Shown piece by piece: positions 33,101 through 40,093 of a stretch of DNA of 58,571 nucleotides. Source of the DNA: a virus (lineage: Duplodnaviria; Caudoviricetes); IMG/VR virus record IMGVR_UViG_3300030060_000055, positions 1 through 58,571 of that record; one strand, given 5' to 3'. Within the stretch, counting starts at the first letter, position 1; every line of letters starts with the position of its first letter. Below the pieces are notes generated by a model. It was not told the origin of the DNA. It saw only the letters and a list, made by a program, of their open reading frames with translations, and did no database searches. The translations under genes and the position numbers were made by a program.

Positions 33101-36100
33101 TCTTCTATATTACCAAATGATCTTGCTGATTTAATTATAGGTCAAATACAAAATGGCATCAGATCAAATATGCAAAGACCTGATATCAATGTAATTACAC
33201 AACAAGAAGCTAGGCAAGATCAAAATAATAATTTAACTATTGATACTTCAAGGTTATTACGTAATGCAGGTAATCAATCAGCTATAGGTGCTGGATATAT
33301 AAACTTAAGAAAGTTAACTGATAATCAAACACAACAGTTTTTTTCTAAGTCAGGATGGGATATATATAGCAATACATACCCTAATAAAATTAAAAAATCT
33401 TTAGATAAACTAGGTATTAAATATGAAACACAAGGTCAATCTGTTAAGGAAATAATACAAGATATATTTGGTGCAGATTCTGATGTGACTATTAATAATG
33501 TAGTAGATAGAGACTTTCATTCTAATAGATTATATCAAGCACCATATGACGAGTTAGTAGAGCAAGAACAATTTACTGTAGATGAAGTTATATTTAGAAC
33601 TAAATCTGAAATAGATGCTAGAAAAGGTAAACCTTTATTACTACAAACAGCATTTAAAGATAATGCTAGATTGCTTTATAGAGGTGAGCCAGCAAAGAAA
33701 CATCAATCAAGATTTAATGTGCCAGTATTTACTTTTGAAAGTGATGCACAAGTAGTAAACAACCCAGCGAAATATTCTAGTACACCAGCAGATGCACAGA
33801 AAGCTAGTTATTGGAAAAGAATTGTAAACTTTTTAGGTAACCTTACAGAGAGTAAATACTTTAGTGGTCTTGGTAATCTTGAACAAAGAAAAGAATATCA
33901 AAGATTAAAAGGATTAACTGCTGGTGAAATTAATAAAGCCGAAAAAGTAGCTAAAGATTTTTATAATGATCTAGGACAATATCTTAATCCTAGAAAATCA
34001 CAAAAAACTAAAGAAGAACTTAATAGAAATGTACAACAGTTTAATGCTTTTATAGAGGGTGGCATGGATGCAGACCCTGCACTTATAACAGATGAAGGTT
34101 TAAGAAAGGTTGCTGTTAAAAGTAAACAAGCTATAGATAGAATAGGACAGATGTTAGTTCAAAGAGGTGTACTACCTAGATCAAAGTTTGAAGAAAATAG
34201 AGGAACATATTTACCTTTGTTATATATGAAACATATTCTTAATAATCCAACAGGTACTAAGTTTTCATATACAAAAGCTAGGAAAGATTTAACAGATGAA
34301 ACTAAATTAATACTAGGTGATATAACAGAACTATCACCAGAGTATAGAGTTCTTGCTGGTGTACAAAGACCATTGCGTGATATGGCAATATTAGATTTTT
34401 TTAATCAAGTTTCTAAGAATCAAAACTGGGCAATACGTAATGATGATATGTTAGTTACTATTGAACAAGGTGGAGTAGAACAAAAGGTAAGTGCTTTGTG
34501 GTTATTAGAAGAAGCTAAAAGATTACAAGAACAAGCAACTTATTTTGAGAATGGTCAACCTGAACAAGCACTAGCTATGAGAAATCTTGCACAGCAATAT
34601 GAACAACTAGGAATGCCTGTAGCAGAAAGACTAGGATATGGTGCTGATAAACCATTAGATGAAAACTTTAAGAGACTACCTACTACTAAACAGTATGGAA
34701 TGATGAGAGGTGTGGCTGTAAGAAAAGAAATTTATGATGATGTCATAGGTACTTTTACTATGGGTGATACTGATAATGCTTTTAGTAAAACCATAGCTGC
34801 TTTAGAAAAAGGCACAAGTATTTGGAAACTTCTTAAAGTACCACTTAACCCACCAACTGTAGTACGTAACGTAGGTTCTAACATGATACTTATGAATATA
34901 GTTGGGGGTGTGCCTATACATAAAGTATTGCCTAGAATGAGACAAGCTATAGAACAAATAAGAAGTAATGGTAAGTATTGGAAGATAGCTGAAGATTACG
35001 GCATACAAAATACACAGTTTACAAATCAAGAAATGCTACAAATAAGTGAAGAGTATTTAGATTTGTTACAAGAAGTTGATCCACTAGGACCAGTAGCTAA
35101 GTTTTTTAGACTGCCAAAATTGTTAACTGCTAGAGTATTTAAAACTGCTGGTGATGTATATCAATTTACAGAATCTGTAGGTAAGACAGCAGTAATAATA
35201 GATGCTATGGAAAGACAAGGCATGTCAGAGTTTGATGCATTTCAACTTGCACAGAAAGCTTTGTTTGATTATTCCGATGTACCTATGGCTGGTAAGTTAT
35301 TTAGGAAAGCACCTATAGGTATGCCTTTCTTTACTTTTTATTACAAAGCATTTCCAGCTTTAGTTGAAGCAGCTATTAATCATCCATTTAGATATGCACC
35401 ATACGTAGCCTTATCAGCTGGACTTACTGCTTTATCTGCATATGCATTTGGTTTTGAAGATGATGAAGAAGAAAAGTTACAAAAAGGATTAGAGCCTTGG
35501 CTTGCTAAAAGAACAGGTGTTTATGTACTGCCTTTTAAAGACAGTGATGGAAGATATCAATTTTTAGATATAGGATATTTCTTTCCTTGGACTATGTACA
35601 CAGATGCAGTAAGAGATATAGCTGGTGGTGATTTCTTTGAAGCACAAAGGACAACAGGATTTTTATCAGGACCTTTTTCAGATATTTTCCTAGCAATTAA
35701 AACTAATAAAGACCCGTTTACACAACGTACTATATGGGATAAACGTGATCCTGTAGAAGATAGAATACAAAATATGTTTTGGTATATGTATAGTTTAGGT
35801 ATGCCTTCATGGTTAACACCTAATGGTGCTATAAGTAAAACTACTAAAGCATTACAAGATATACCTAGACCAACAGGCGCACCAGCAGATACTGTGCCAC
35901 AAGCATTGTTACGTTTTGTTGGAGTAAACGTATATGGATTAGATACAGAAGAAACTAGGATAAGAAATATTAAGAAGATGAGACAAGAGATTCTTGATAT
36001 ACAACAAAGATTTAAGTATGCAATGGCAAATCAATCTTATACACAAGAAAAGAAAGATAGATTAAGACAGAGATACATGCAGATGATTAAAGAAAAAGTA

Positions 36101-36181
36101 GATTTATTGCAAAGGTATAAAATAGATACAGCAATACCAAGACATATATTAGAAAGGGAGAGTAAATTCCAAGATGGATAG
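27140..36181 (+). CDS. Giant (3013 aa) internal virion / large polyvalent protein
   Basis: Hydrophobic Gly/Ala N-terminal region, HEAVH zincin motif, LFIDEVQSD motif, helical ejection-protein-like C-terminus. Confidence 0.8.
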   Translation: MADEPRNTPNPFEIFGSNTGNVPDQFDIFDTYQRPPTQDNTSEQLGTDKVNDRSLPIFGLATNNFTPEENDWIDSVIAAPRGVLRGAARTIPLLGEGVWGILDLATNLSGKEDWLNPRESAFIARMDELRDAIGYEDSVAGRTGEALGSILGFVGSTILTGGAGAASRVGAGYNALKAGELTAGAATKSLASAMQIAAPGSAIGVGEASGRMREYEAEIGEDLSIADRNLATALAIPLGATEVLPIVRPLSILFSKITKRGLPKETIDSYMDLAKSAAITGTAEGVQEALASIGQDAIEKGVYNESATIGDSIASEFGYGGGAGAIFDLGVNLLTKGRPRGGRPVGPVEDDTGGLSGTEATEVEDASTLDEGRPNTVAQFQGSEEIVLDNEFEVPKDAEGDAVIPPDVKVDDEVDMYDALGNSYKARVTAVSDSGSIKIINQQGEEVVANMSPTATTSNVNNPNYEFKTVSPAFKKSVNNKKNVSELNEQEIAAAQLALEARIEEAGIQLIGLDALQDLNALKLHQKRRQQPLDTTVENQTKLGPQQEIEAQAQAFKDEVPTIPDAEEQIKTEAVRQQLQEVSPELQANLDQEVELERQIQQAEDADNLNEADDLKEKINQVKDKQTELIKKQKTPIRRSRLIQTFNRPDGETFTARFPDRESVDAFSNKNVVKTKNKLNLTTPAYNQFKTKYDSYVAEEVNSAYKSDTREFKLQSFRDFVAQEQGSVQVGDILSQTTLKNIDPNDAAFKRFLYLNTKKRNLKDLNGLQRKEIFRQIEALPTQTAVNTSIDKAFSESIDNRQAFSKAEAIKARTKELENKYTKAQLLDLAKTNGVSEEFIQDAVGTRDKTTIAKGIARKEIQNQISAEENYEQVVSRSVPNVQVRKVKTKAADQARGFQQYSVLYPDDTIIKTLVPANIDVADAKEQAARQTFTQRVERLEEENIKTKDVPDASQQDYIQAVTNSLFKRTNPLAELLSIAGPQVKQSRTPAIQTEQVQDLIEEAPQLEAPDLSGINYQGNLYKFKDNINASDFIMNLRRIAKRTMPDADVVAVDTLFNESGEEVAGVTIGDIIAINLETNPENGRPRFASPTDTVYHEAVHYFINNNYFKPEVLQILAENQQRIFDIAETRFGGKVGTFEEAVAIASGYYNEQKLQGRTPFEFTPGIRRVFEPLFKFFNQVAKYFSGKKYRKLEDVFDAIRTGDLYQDAVDNPKILSPPQQQFQEELFKQTGYVGSYKGGSITEDMNLDYDSNRNMTPLYSRTPSFGLQELKISEMGQRIDRLQDAVNNTKTKSTKADKWLTTNKQGQELLTGSNVPFNKLYLQDTRLDEWLSEQVNEDGNPREVSIDEIKNYLKTNTGFISMQMTGGDTTTYVRATNINEQQTIEYYQNEILNSTIALNQFTSGVQSHLVNRDDTYKALKEEFYTGPDDQGSGAFYDLTRNLDQIEESYKKLNLSMKQPIGRNFDVLRQALNVETKSPDFLFSDAKAGEIETAINQLTVSGQLLQNTDALRKADPDGHLEKFLVALENNKIVSDPIIEILDEINTDSFDGGNRYNKLDLQDNKLTQLVNARNQAKRQNEYFTRLLYGEGTTGELNPVIRSSFESAGYATTPGFNIDTTSGKFTDIQRLAFQAIKDGNPNKSEGQIIQERLQGIPQEVANFTEDQLAEFTRRRRFDGEDYGTTVHVENSRNVVYAWNPGASQEQKGYYSNPHFPNSIRNAFVHARIKDVYVLDDNNTLKKILFIDEVQSDMYADVKKAIDKYLNELNDGDPRKEGGASSLTEAEVKEALEGYPTTQDMPAVPLIGFPKPNFNKWQDFIIEEMNMLAVNEGFDGIAIASTAIQAERNGNNLKNNFNFLSFYPSVKPSDISTNLSTELTHTPSGQTVEESTLLQQGYLTQEELNQDDPVTPKFIRSAAAQYFGDVFSRDTNSYEFKTYVNYARLVGMTDGFITKDMTLSLQESNPIRGHFVDGVNYLGRGIGETQVGSVSSILPNDLADLIIGQIQNGIRSNMQRPDINVITQQEARQDQNNNLTIDTSRLLRNAGNQSAIGAGYINLRKLTDNQTQQFFSKSGWDIYSNTYPNKIKKSLDKLGIKYETQGQSVKEIIQDIFGADSDVTINNVVDRDFHSNRLYQAPYDELVEQEQFTVDEVIFRTKSEIDARKGKPLLLQTAFKDNARLLYRGEPAKKHQSRFNVPVFTFESDAQVVNNPAKYSSTPADAQKASYWKRIVNFLGNLTESKYFSGLGNLEQRKEYQRLKGLTAGEINKAEKVAKDFYNDLGQYLNPRKSQKTKEELNRNVQQFNAFIEGGMDADPALITDEGLRKVAVKSKQAIDRIGQMLVQRGVLPRSKFEENRGTYLPLLYMKHILNNPTGTKFSYTKARKDLTDETKLILGDITELSPEYRVLAGVQRPLRDMAILDFFNQVSKNQNWAIRNDDMLVTIEQGGVEQKVSALWLLEEAKRLQEQATYFENGQPEQALAMRNLAQQYEQLGMPVAERLGYGADKPLDENFKRLPTTKQYGMMRGVAVRKEIYDDVIGTFTMGDTDNAFSKTIAALEKGTSIWKLLKVPLNPPTVVRNVGSNMILMNIVGGVPIHKVLPRMRQAIEQIRSNGKYWKIAEDYGIQNTQFTNQEMLQISEEYLDLLQEVDPLGPVAKFFRLPKLLTARVFKTAGDVYQFTESVGKTAVIIDAMERQGMSEFDAFQLAQKALFDYSDVPMAGKLFRKAPIGMPFFTFYYKAFPALVEAAINHPFRYAPYVALSAGLTALSAYAFGFEDDEEEKLQKGLEPWLAKRTGVYVLPFKDSDGRYQFLDIGYFFPWTMYTDAVRDIAGGDFFEAQRTTGFLSGPFSDIFLAIKTNKDPFTQRTIWDKRDPVEDRIQNMFWYMYSLGMPSWLTPNGAISKTTKALQDIPRPTGAPADTVPQALLRFVGVNVYGLDTEETRIRNIKKMRQEILDIQQRFKYAMANQSYTQEKKDRLRQRYMQMIKEKVDLLQRYKIDTAIPRHILERESKFQDG

Positions 36182-36611
36182 AGATAAATTAGTAAAAGAA
36201 ATAATACAAGACGAAGGGTTTGAATATGAAATATATTTAGACCATTTAGGATACCCAACATTTGGTGTTGGTCATTTAATTATTCCTAAAGATAAAGAAT
36301 ATGGCATGGATGTAGGAACACCAGTATCTGAAGAAAGAATATTAGAGTGTTTAAACGCTGACATAGACATAGTGTGTATGGAGTTAGATAGAAACATGTC
36401 ATGGTGGAGAGACTTAGATGATGATAAACAAAGAGTTATGGCGAACATGGCTTTCAACTTAGGTCTACCTAGATTGGGAGGATTCAAAAAATTTTTGAAG
36501 GCTATGGAGGAAGGAGATTTCCAAACAGCCGCTGTCGAAATGATGGATAGTAGATGGGCGACACAGGTAGGGAACAGAGCCAAAAGGTTGAGAGATAGAG
36601 TGGCATCGTGA
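36174..36611 (+). CDS. Endolysin, T4-type lysozyme (GH24)
   Basis: DEG...YLDHLGYPTFGVGH, NMAFNLG, SRWATQVGNRAKRL. Confidence 0.95.
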   Translation: MDRDKLVKEIIQDEGFEYEIYLDHLGYPTFGVGHLIIPKDKEYGMDVGTPVSEERILECLNADIDIVCMELDRNMSWWRDLDDDKQRVMANMAFNLGLPRLGGFKKFLKAMEEGDFQTAAVEMMDSRWATQVGNRAKRLRDRVAS

Positions 36612-36904
36612 CAGAAGCATTTGATCTAATAGCTAAGCTAGGACTGCCTATAGCTAGTGGATTAATAATGGCTTTCTTTATATTCTTAGTTATGAAACAA
36701 CTCATGGATGGTCTAGTAGATGAGATCAAAACCATAGAGGGTATATCTAAGATGCTTATAACAAGAGCATCAACAATGAACAACGACATCATACGTATAG
36801 ATACCAGTGTATCTAGCGCACTTAACATATCGCCAGACTTAGAACGCATAGCTAGAGCAGAGAACTTTGTAGAGGATGGCAGTATAGATGCAAGGCGAGA
36901 CTAA
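36608..36904 (+). CDS. Single-TM coiled-coil membrane protein
   Basis: LGLPIASGLIMAFFIFLV TM then coiled coil; GTGA overlap with endolysin. Confidence 0.75.
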   Translation: MTEAFDLIAKLGLPIASGLIMAFFIFLVMKQLMDGLVDEIKTIEGISKMLITRASTMNNDIIRIDTSVSSALNISPDLERIARAENFVEDGSIDARRD

Positions 36905-37158
36905 TGGATATAGCAAAGATAGTACAAGACTTTGGTTTTCCTGTAGTTATGGTAGTAGGTCTAGGATATTTCGTATACTTTGTATGGCAGACTATAACCA
37001 ATAAGATAGACCCAGCAGTTGCCGAAATGAAAACAACAATCATTAGGCTTACCGACCAGCTTAGATTGTTAGATCAAGATATGATTCGTTTACAACAAAA
37101 GGTAAACACAGTCTTAGAACTTAAAGAAAAAGAAAAGGAAGATGCAAAACAACGATAA
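36904..37158 (+). CDS. Single-TM coiled-coil membrane protein, paralogue of preceding ORF
   Basis: FGFPVVMVVGLGYFVYFVW TM; LDQDMIRL resembles MNNDIIRI. Confidence 0.75.
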   Translation: MDIAKIVQDFGFPVVMVVGLGYFVYFVWQTITNKIDPAVAEMKTTIIRLTDQLRLLDQDMIRLQQKVNTVLELKEKEKEDAKQR

Positions 37159-37609
37159 TATATTTGCGATTGTAGGTATAACATTGGTGTTATTAGTTGT
37201 GGTAATACAACAGTTACAGTCTGATGAAATGGTGCATCAATTTAAAAATCCTAGTTTTTCAGGTGTTGGTACATCCAGTCACTATCTAACTATAGAAAAC
37301 CAAGAGTTCTCTAGGAAAGAAGCTATACGTGAAGAGATACAAGCTTATGTAGAAGAACTAGAAAGAGAAGCTGATAACACTACGTTAGCTAGATTTATAC
37401 GTAACCTAGAGAGTAGAATATACGCACAACTAAGCAGACAATTAGTAGATAGTTTGTTTGGAGAGACTGCATCTGAGTTTGGTATCCTAGAACTAGAAGG
37501 CAACACCATAGAATACAAAGTAGAGGATGACAAAGTAACACTTATAATTACAGATGAAGAAGGCAATACAACAGAAATTACTGTACCTCTTGGTTCTTTT
37601 ACTTTCTAG
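37142..37609 (+). CDS. csgF: CsgF-like curli assembly component
   Basis: Signal-like hydrophobic stretch then MVHQFKNPSFSG (CsgF N-terminal NPxFGG-like motif); FIRNLESRIYAQLSRQLVDSLFG; ends TTEITVP; directly upstream of csgG. Confidence 0.8.
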   Translation: MQNNDNIFAIVGITLVLLVVVIQQLQSDEMVHQFKNPSFSGVGTSSHYLTIENQEFSRKEAIREEIQAYVEELEREADNTTLARFIRNLESRIYAQLSRQLVDSLFGETASEFGILELEGNTIEYKVEDDKVTLIITDEEGNTTEITVPLGSFTF

Positions 37610-38360
37610 TTGTTCATTAATCATACCCCCATTAGATAATGGGTTGCCCCCGATAAGGAACATTGAGCCAGCAGAAGTTGGTTCTCTATTAACTAAACTA
37701 GCAGAAGTATCTAAACCTGAACGCAAACCTGTAGTAGCTATATATCCTTCCTCGTTTAAAGATAATACAGGACAGCGTAGAAGTAATAGCCAGTATGCTA
37801 GTTTTAGCACAGCAGTAACACAAGCACCTGATGCATATCTTATTAGAGCATTACAACACTCTAATGTATTTGATGTAGTAGAGCGTACAGGACTAGATAA
37901 TCTTACTAAAGAACGACAGATTATACGTACAACTCGTGAGTCATTTGATGAAAAACAAAAGGTAAAACCTTTATTGTTTGCTGGTTTATTAATGGAAGGT
38001 GGTGTTGTAAGTTATGAAACCAATGTTAAATCAGGTGGTGCTGGTGCAAGATACTTAGGTATAGGTGCATCAAAACAATATAGACAGGACTCAGTTACTA
38101 TATCTTTACGTACAGTTTCAGTAAGCACAGGTAAAATATTGTTAGAAGTGTTAGTAACTAAGTCAATTCTTAGTGCATCTATCTCTTCAGATGTGTTCAG
38201 ATTTTATACAAATAATACTGAATTAGTTGAAATTGAAAGTGGTATAGTAGAGAATGAGTCTATAAATATTGCTTTGCAGATGGCTATTGAGTTAGCAGTT
38301 CTACAAACAATAGAGGAGGGTTATGAAAAAGGTTATTGGAAACAAAAAGACCACACTTAA
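37554..38360 (+). CDS. csgG: CsgG curli secretion outer-membrane lipoprotein
   Basis: Lipobox LLSSC; FKDNTGQR, FSTAVTQ, VERTGLDNLTKERQII, SGGAGARYLGIG, YRQDSVTISLRTVSVSTG. Confidence 0.93.
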   Translation: MKKAIQQKLLYLLVLLLSSCSLIIPPLDNGLPPIRNIEPAEVGSLLTKLAEVSKPERKPVVAIYPSSFKDNTGQRRSNSQYASFSTAVTQAPDAYLIRALQHSNVFDVVERTGLDNLTKERQIIRTTRESFDEKQKVKPLLFAGLLMEGGVVSYETNVKSGGAGARYLGIGASKQYRQDSVTISLRTVSVSTGKILLEVLVTKSILSASISSDVFRFYTNNTELVEIESGIVENESINIALQMAIELAVLQTIEEGYEKGYWKQKDHT

Positions 38361-39063
38361 TTTATTGTTTCTACTAATATCTTTTAGCGTATATACAGCT
38401 GACAATGAAGTATACATAGATCAGTCAGGTGCAACATCTAACTTAGATATAGAACAAGTTGGCGGTGGTGGTAATATTATTGGTGGATCAGATGCTACAG
38501 CTGGTGCTTCTAATATGACTCCATTGGATTTAGATGGTGCAACTATGACGCTAGACATATTACAGAAAGGTGCATCAAATAAATTTCTTGGTGATATATG
38601 GGCAGATACTTACACAGGTTACTTCTCATTTATAGGTGATAGTAATACATTCAATATGTCTACTGATGAAACCAATGCCACAGGTGCAGATGGTTCTAAT
38701 GTAAATGTACAGGTCACAGGTAATACAAATACTATGACACTCAATCATGCTATGACTGCACTTGCTGCTAATTTAGATTTAGATTGGATAGTGCAAGGTG
38801 GGGGTAATAGTATTACAGCAGCTATAGATGTAGATGGTGCTACTAACTACATGGATATTGATGGTAATGATAATACTGTAACCTATGATGGTGATGGATA
38901 TGCTGGTGGTTATTTCTACCTAGATCATACAGGTGGATCAAGAACATTTAATATAGATCAGGAATCTACATCTGATAATGATTGGCTCAAGATTACATCT
39001 GTTGGCTCTAATGGTACAGTTTGCGTTACTCAGTCAGACGCAACAACTTCATTCGTCTGTTGA
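38323..39063 (+). CDS. Curlin-like secreted beta-repeat protein
   Basis: Signal peptide (..FSVYTA/DNEVYIDQSG); ~22-aa repeats with (Q/T/D)xGxxN turns; adjacent to csgG. Confidence 0.7.
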   Translation: MKKVIGNKKTTLNLLFLLISFSVYTADNEVYIDQSGATSNLDIEQVGGGGNIIGGSDATAGASNMTPLDLDGATMTLDILQKGASNKFLGDIWADTYTGYFSFIGDSNTFNMSTDETNATGADGSNVNVQVTGNTNTMTLNHAMTALAANLDLDWIVQGGGNSITAAIDVDGATNYMDIDGNDNTVTYDGDGYAGGYFYLDHTGGSRTFNIDQESTSDNDWLKITSVGSNGTVCVTQSDATTSFVC

Positions 39064-40093
39064 TATAGGTTCTATATCTGAACTCAGAGGCAATGCACAA
39101 GTCTTAAGAGACAAACCTTATGGTGCTGAACTAGAGTTTAACATTCAACAAATGGATGATGTCCGCACAGAGGCGGGCAGAGTTGCCATTACTTTTGAAG
39201 ATAGTTCTACAGTTAAATTAACTGAACATTCTAAGTTAGTTATAGATGAATATATCTATGACCCTGACCCATCAAAATCTAAGATGGCACTTAAGTTTGC
39301 TAGTGGTACAGCACGTTTTATTACAGGCAAGTTTAATAATAAAAGTAATATATCTATTAAAACACCTACTGCTGATATAGCTATTAGGGGTACAGACTTT
39401 ACTTGTACAGTAGATGAATTAGGTAGAAGTCTAGTTATATTGTTGCCTGATGAGAATGGTATATCTAGTGGCGAGATAGTTGTAGCTACAGCTATGGGTA
39501 GCGTTACATTAAACAAACCTTATCAAGCTACCACAGTATCTGTATATGAAAACAATCCTACTAAACCTGTTACGTTAGATATATCACTAGACTTAATAGA
39601 TAACATGTTGATTGTTAATCCTCCGCAAGAAACAGAACAATCAATAGAGGAAACAAGAACACAATCATCTGTAGATTATTTAGAGTTTGATGATCTTGAT
39701 ATAGATTATTTGAATGAAGATTTTCTTGATGCAGAGGCAGACCTTGAGTTCACAGAACTAGATGTAAACTATTTAGATGTAAATTTTTTAGAAGATTTAC
39801 TTAATGTATTAGATGCATTAGCTATATCTAAAGAAGAAGATCAATTAAAACAAGGCGGTGTAGGTATTCGTATAGTTGGTACGGAAATAGGACAAGATAA
39901 AGATACACAGATTACAACTATAGTTACAGGGCAGACTATAAGTTTAAACAGAACAGTAAATCAAAGTGCAAGATTAAATCTTGATGGTTCTAATAGTTAT
40001 ACGATTATACTTATACAAGATGGTGTTGCTAATACAGTTAAGATTAATGGTGGTTCATCTACAACAATAACAATTAAACAAGGGTCAGGATGA
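38978..40093 (+). CDS. FecR-domain periplasmic protein with acidic linker and beta-rich C-terminus
   Basis: DDVRTEAGRVAITFEDSSTVKLTEHSKLVID, IKTPTADIAIRGTDF; start codon uncertain. Confidence 0.85.
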   Translation: MIGSRLHLLALMVQFALLSQTQQLHSSVDIGSISELRGNAQVLRDKPYGAELEFNIQQMDDVRTEAGRVAITFEDSSTVKLTEHSKLVIDEYIYDPDPSKSKMALKFASGTARFITGKFNNKSNISIKTPTADIAIRGTDFTCTVDELGRSLVILLPDENGISSGEIVVATAMGSVTLNKPYQATTVSVYENNPTKPVTLDISLDLIDNMLIVNPPQETEQSIEETRTQSSVDYLEFDDLDIDYLNEDFLDAEADLEFTELDVNYLDVNFLEDLLNVLDALAISKEEDQLKQGGVGIRIVGTEIGQDKDTQITTIVTGQTISLNRTVNQSARLNLDGSNSYTIILIQDGVANTVKINGGSSTTITIKQGSG

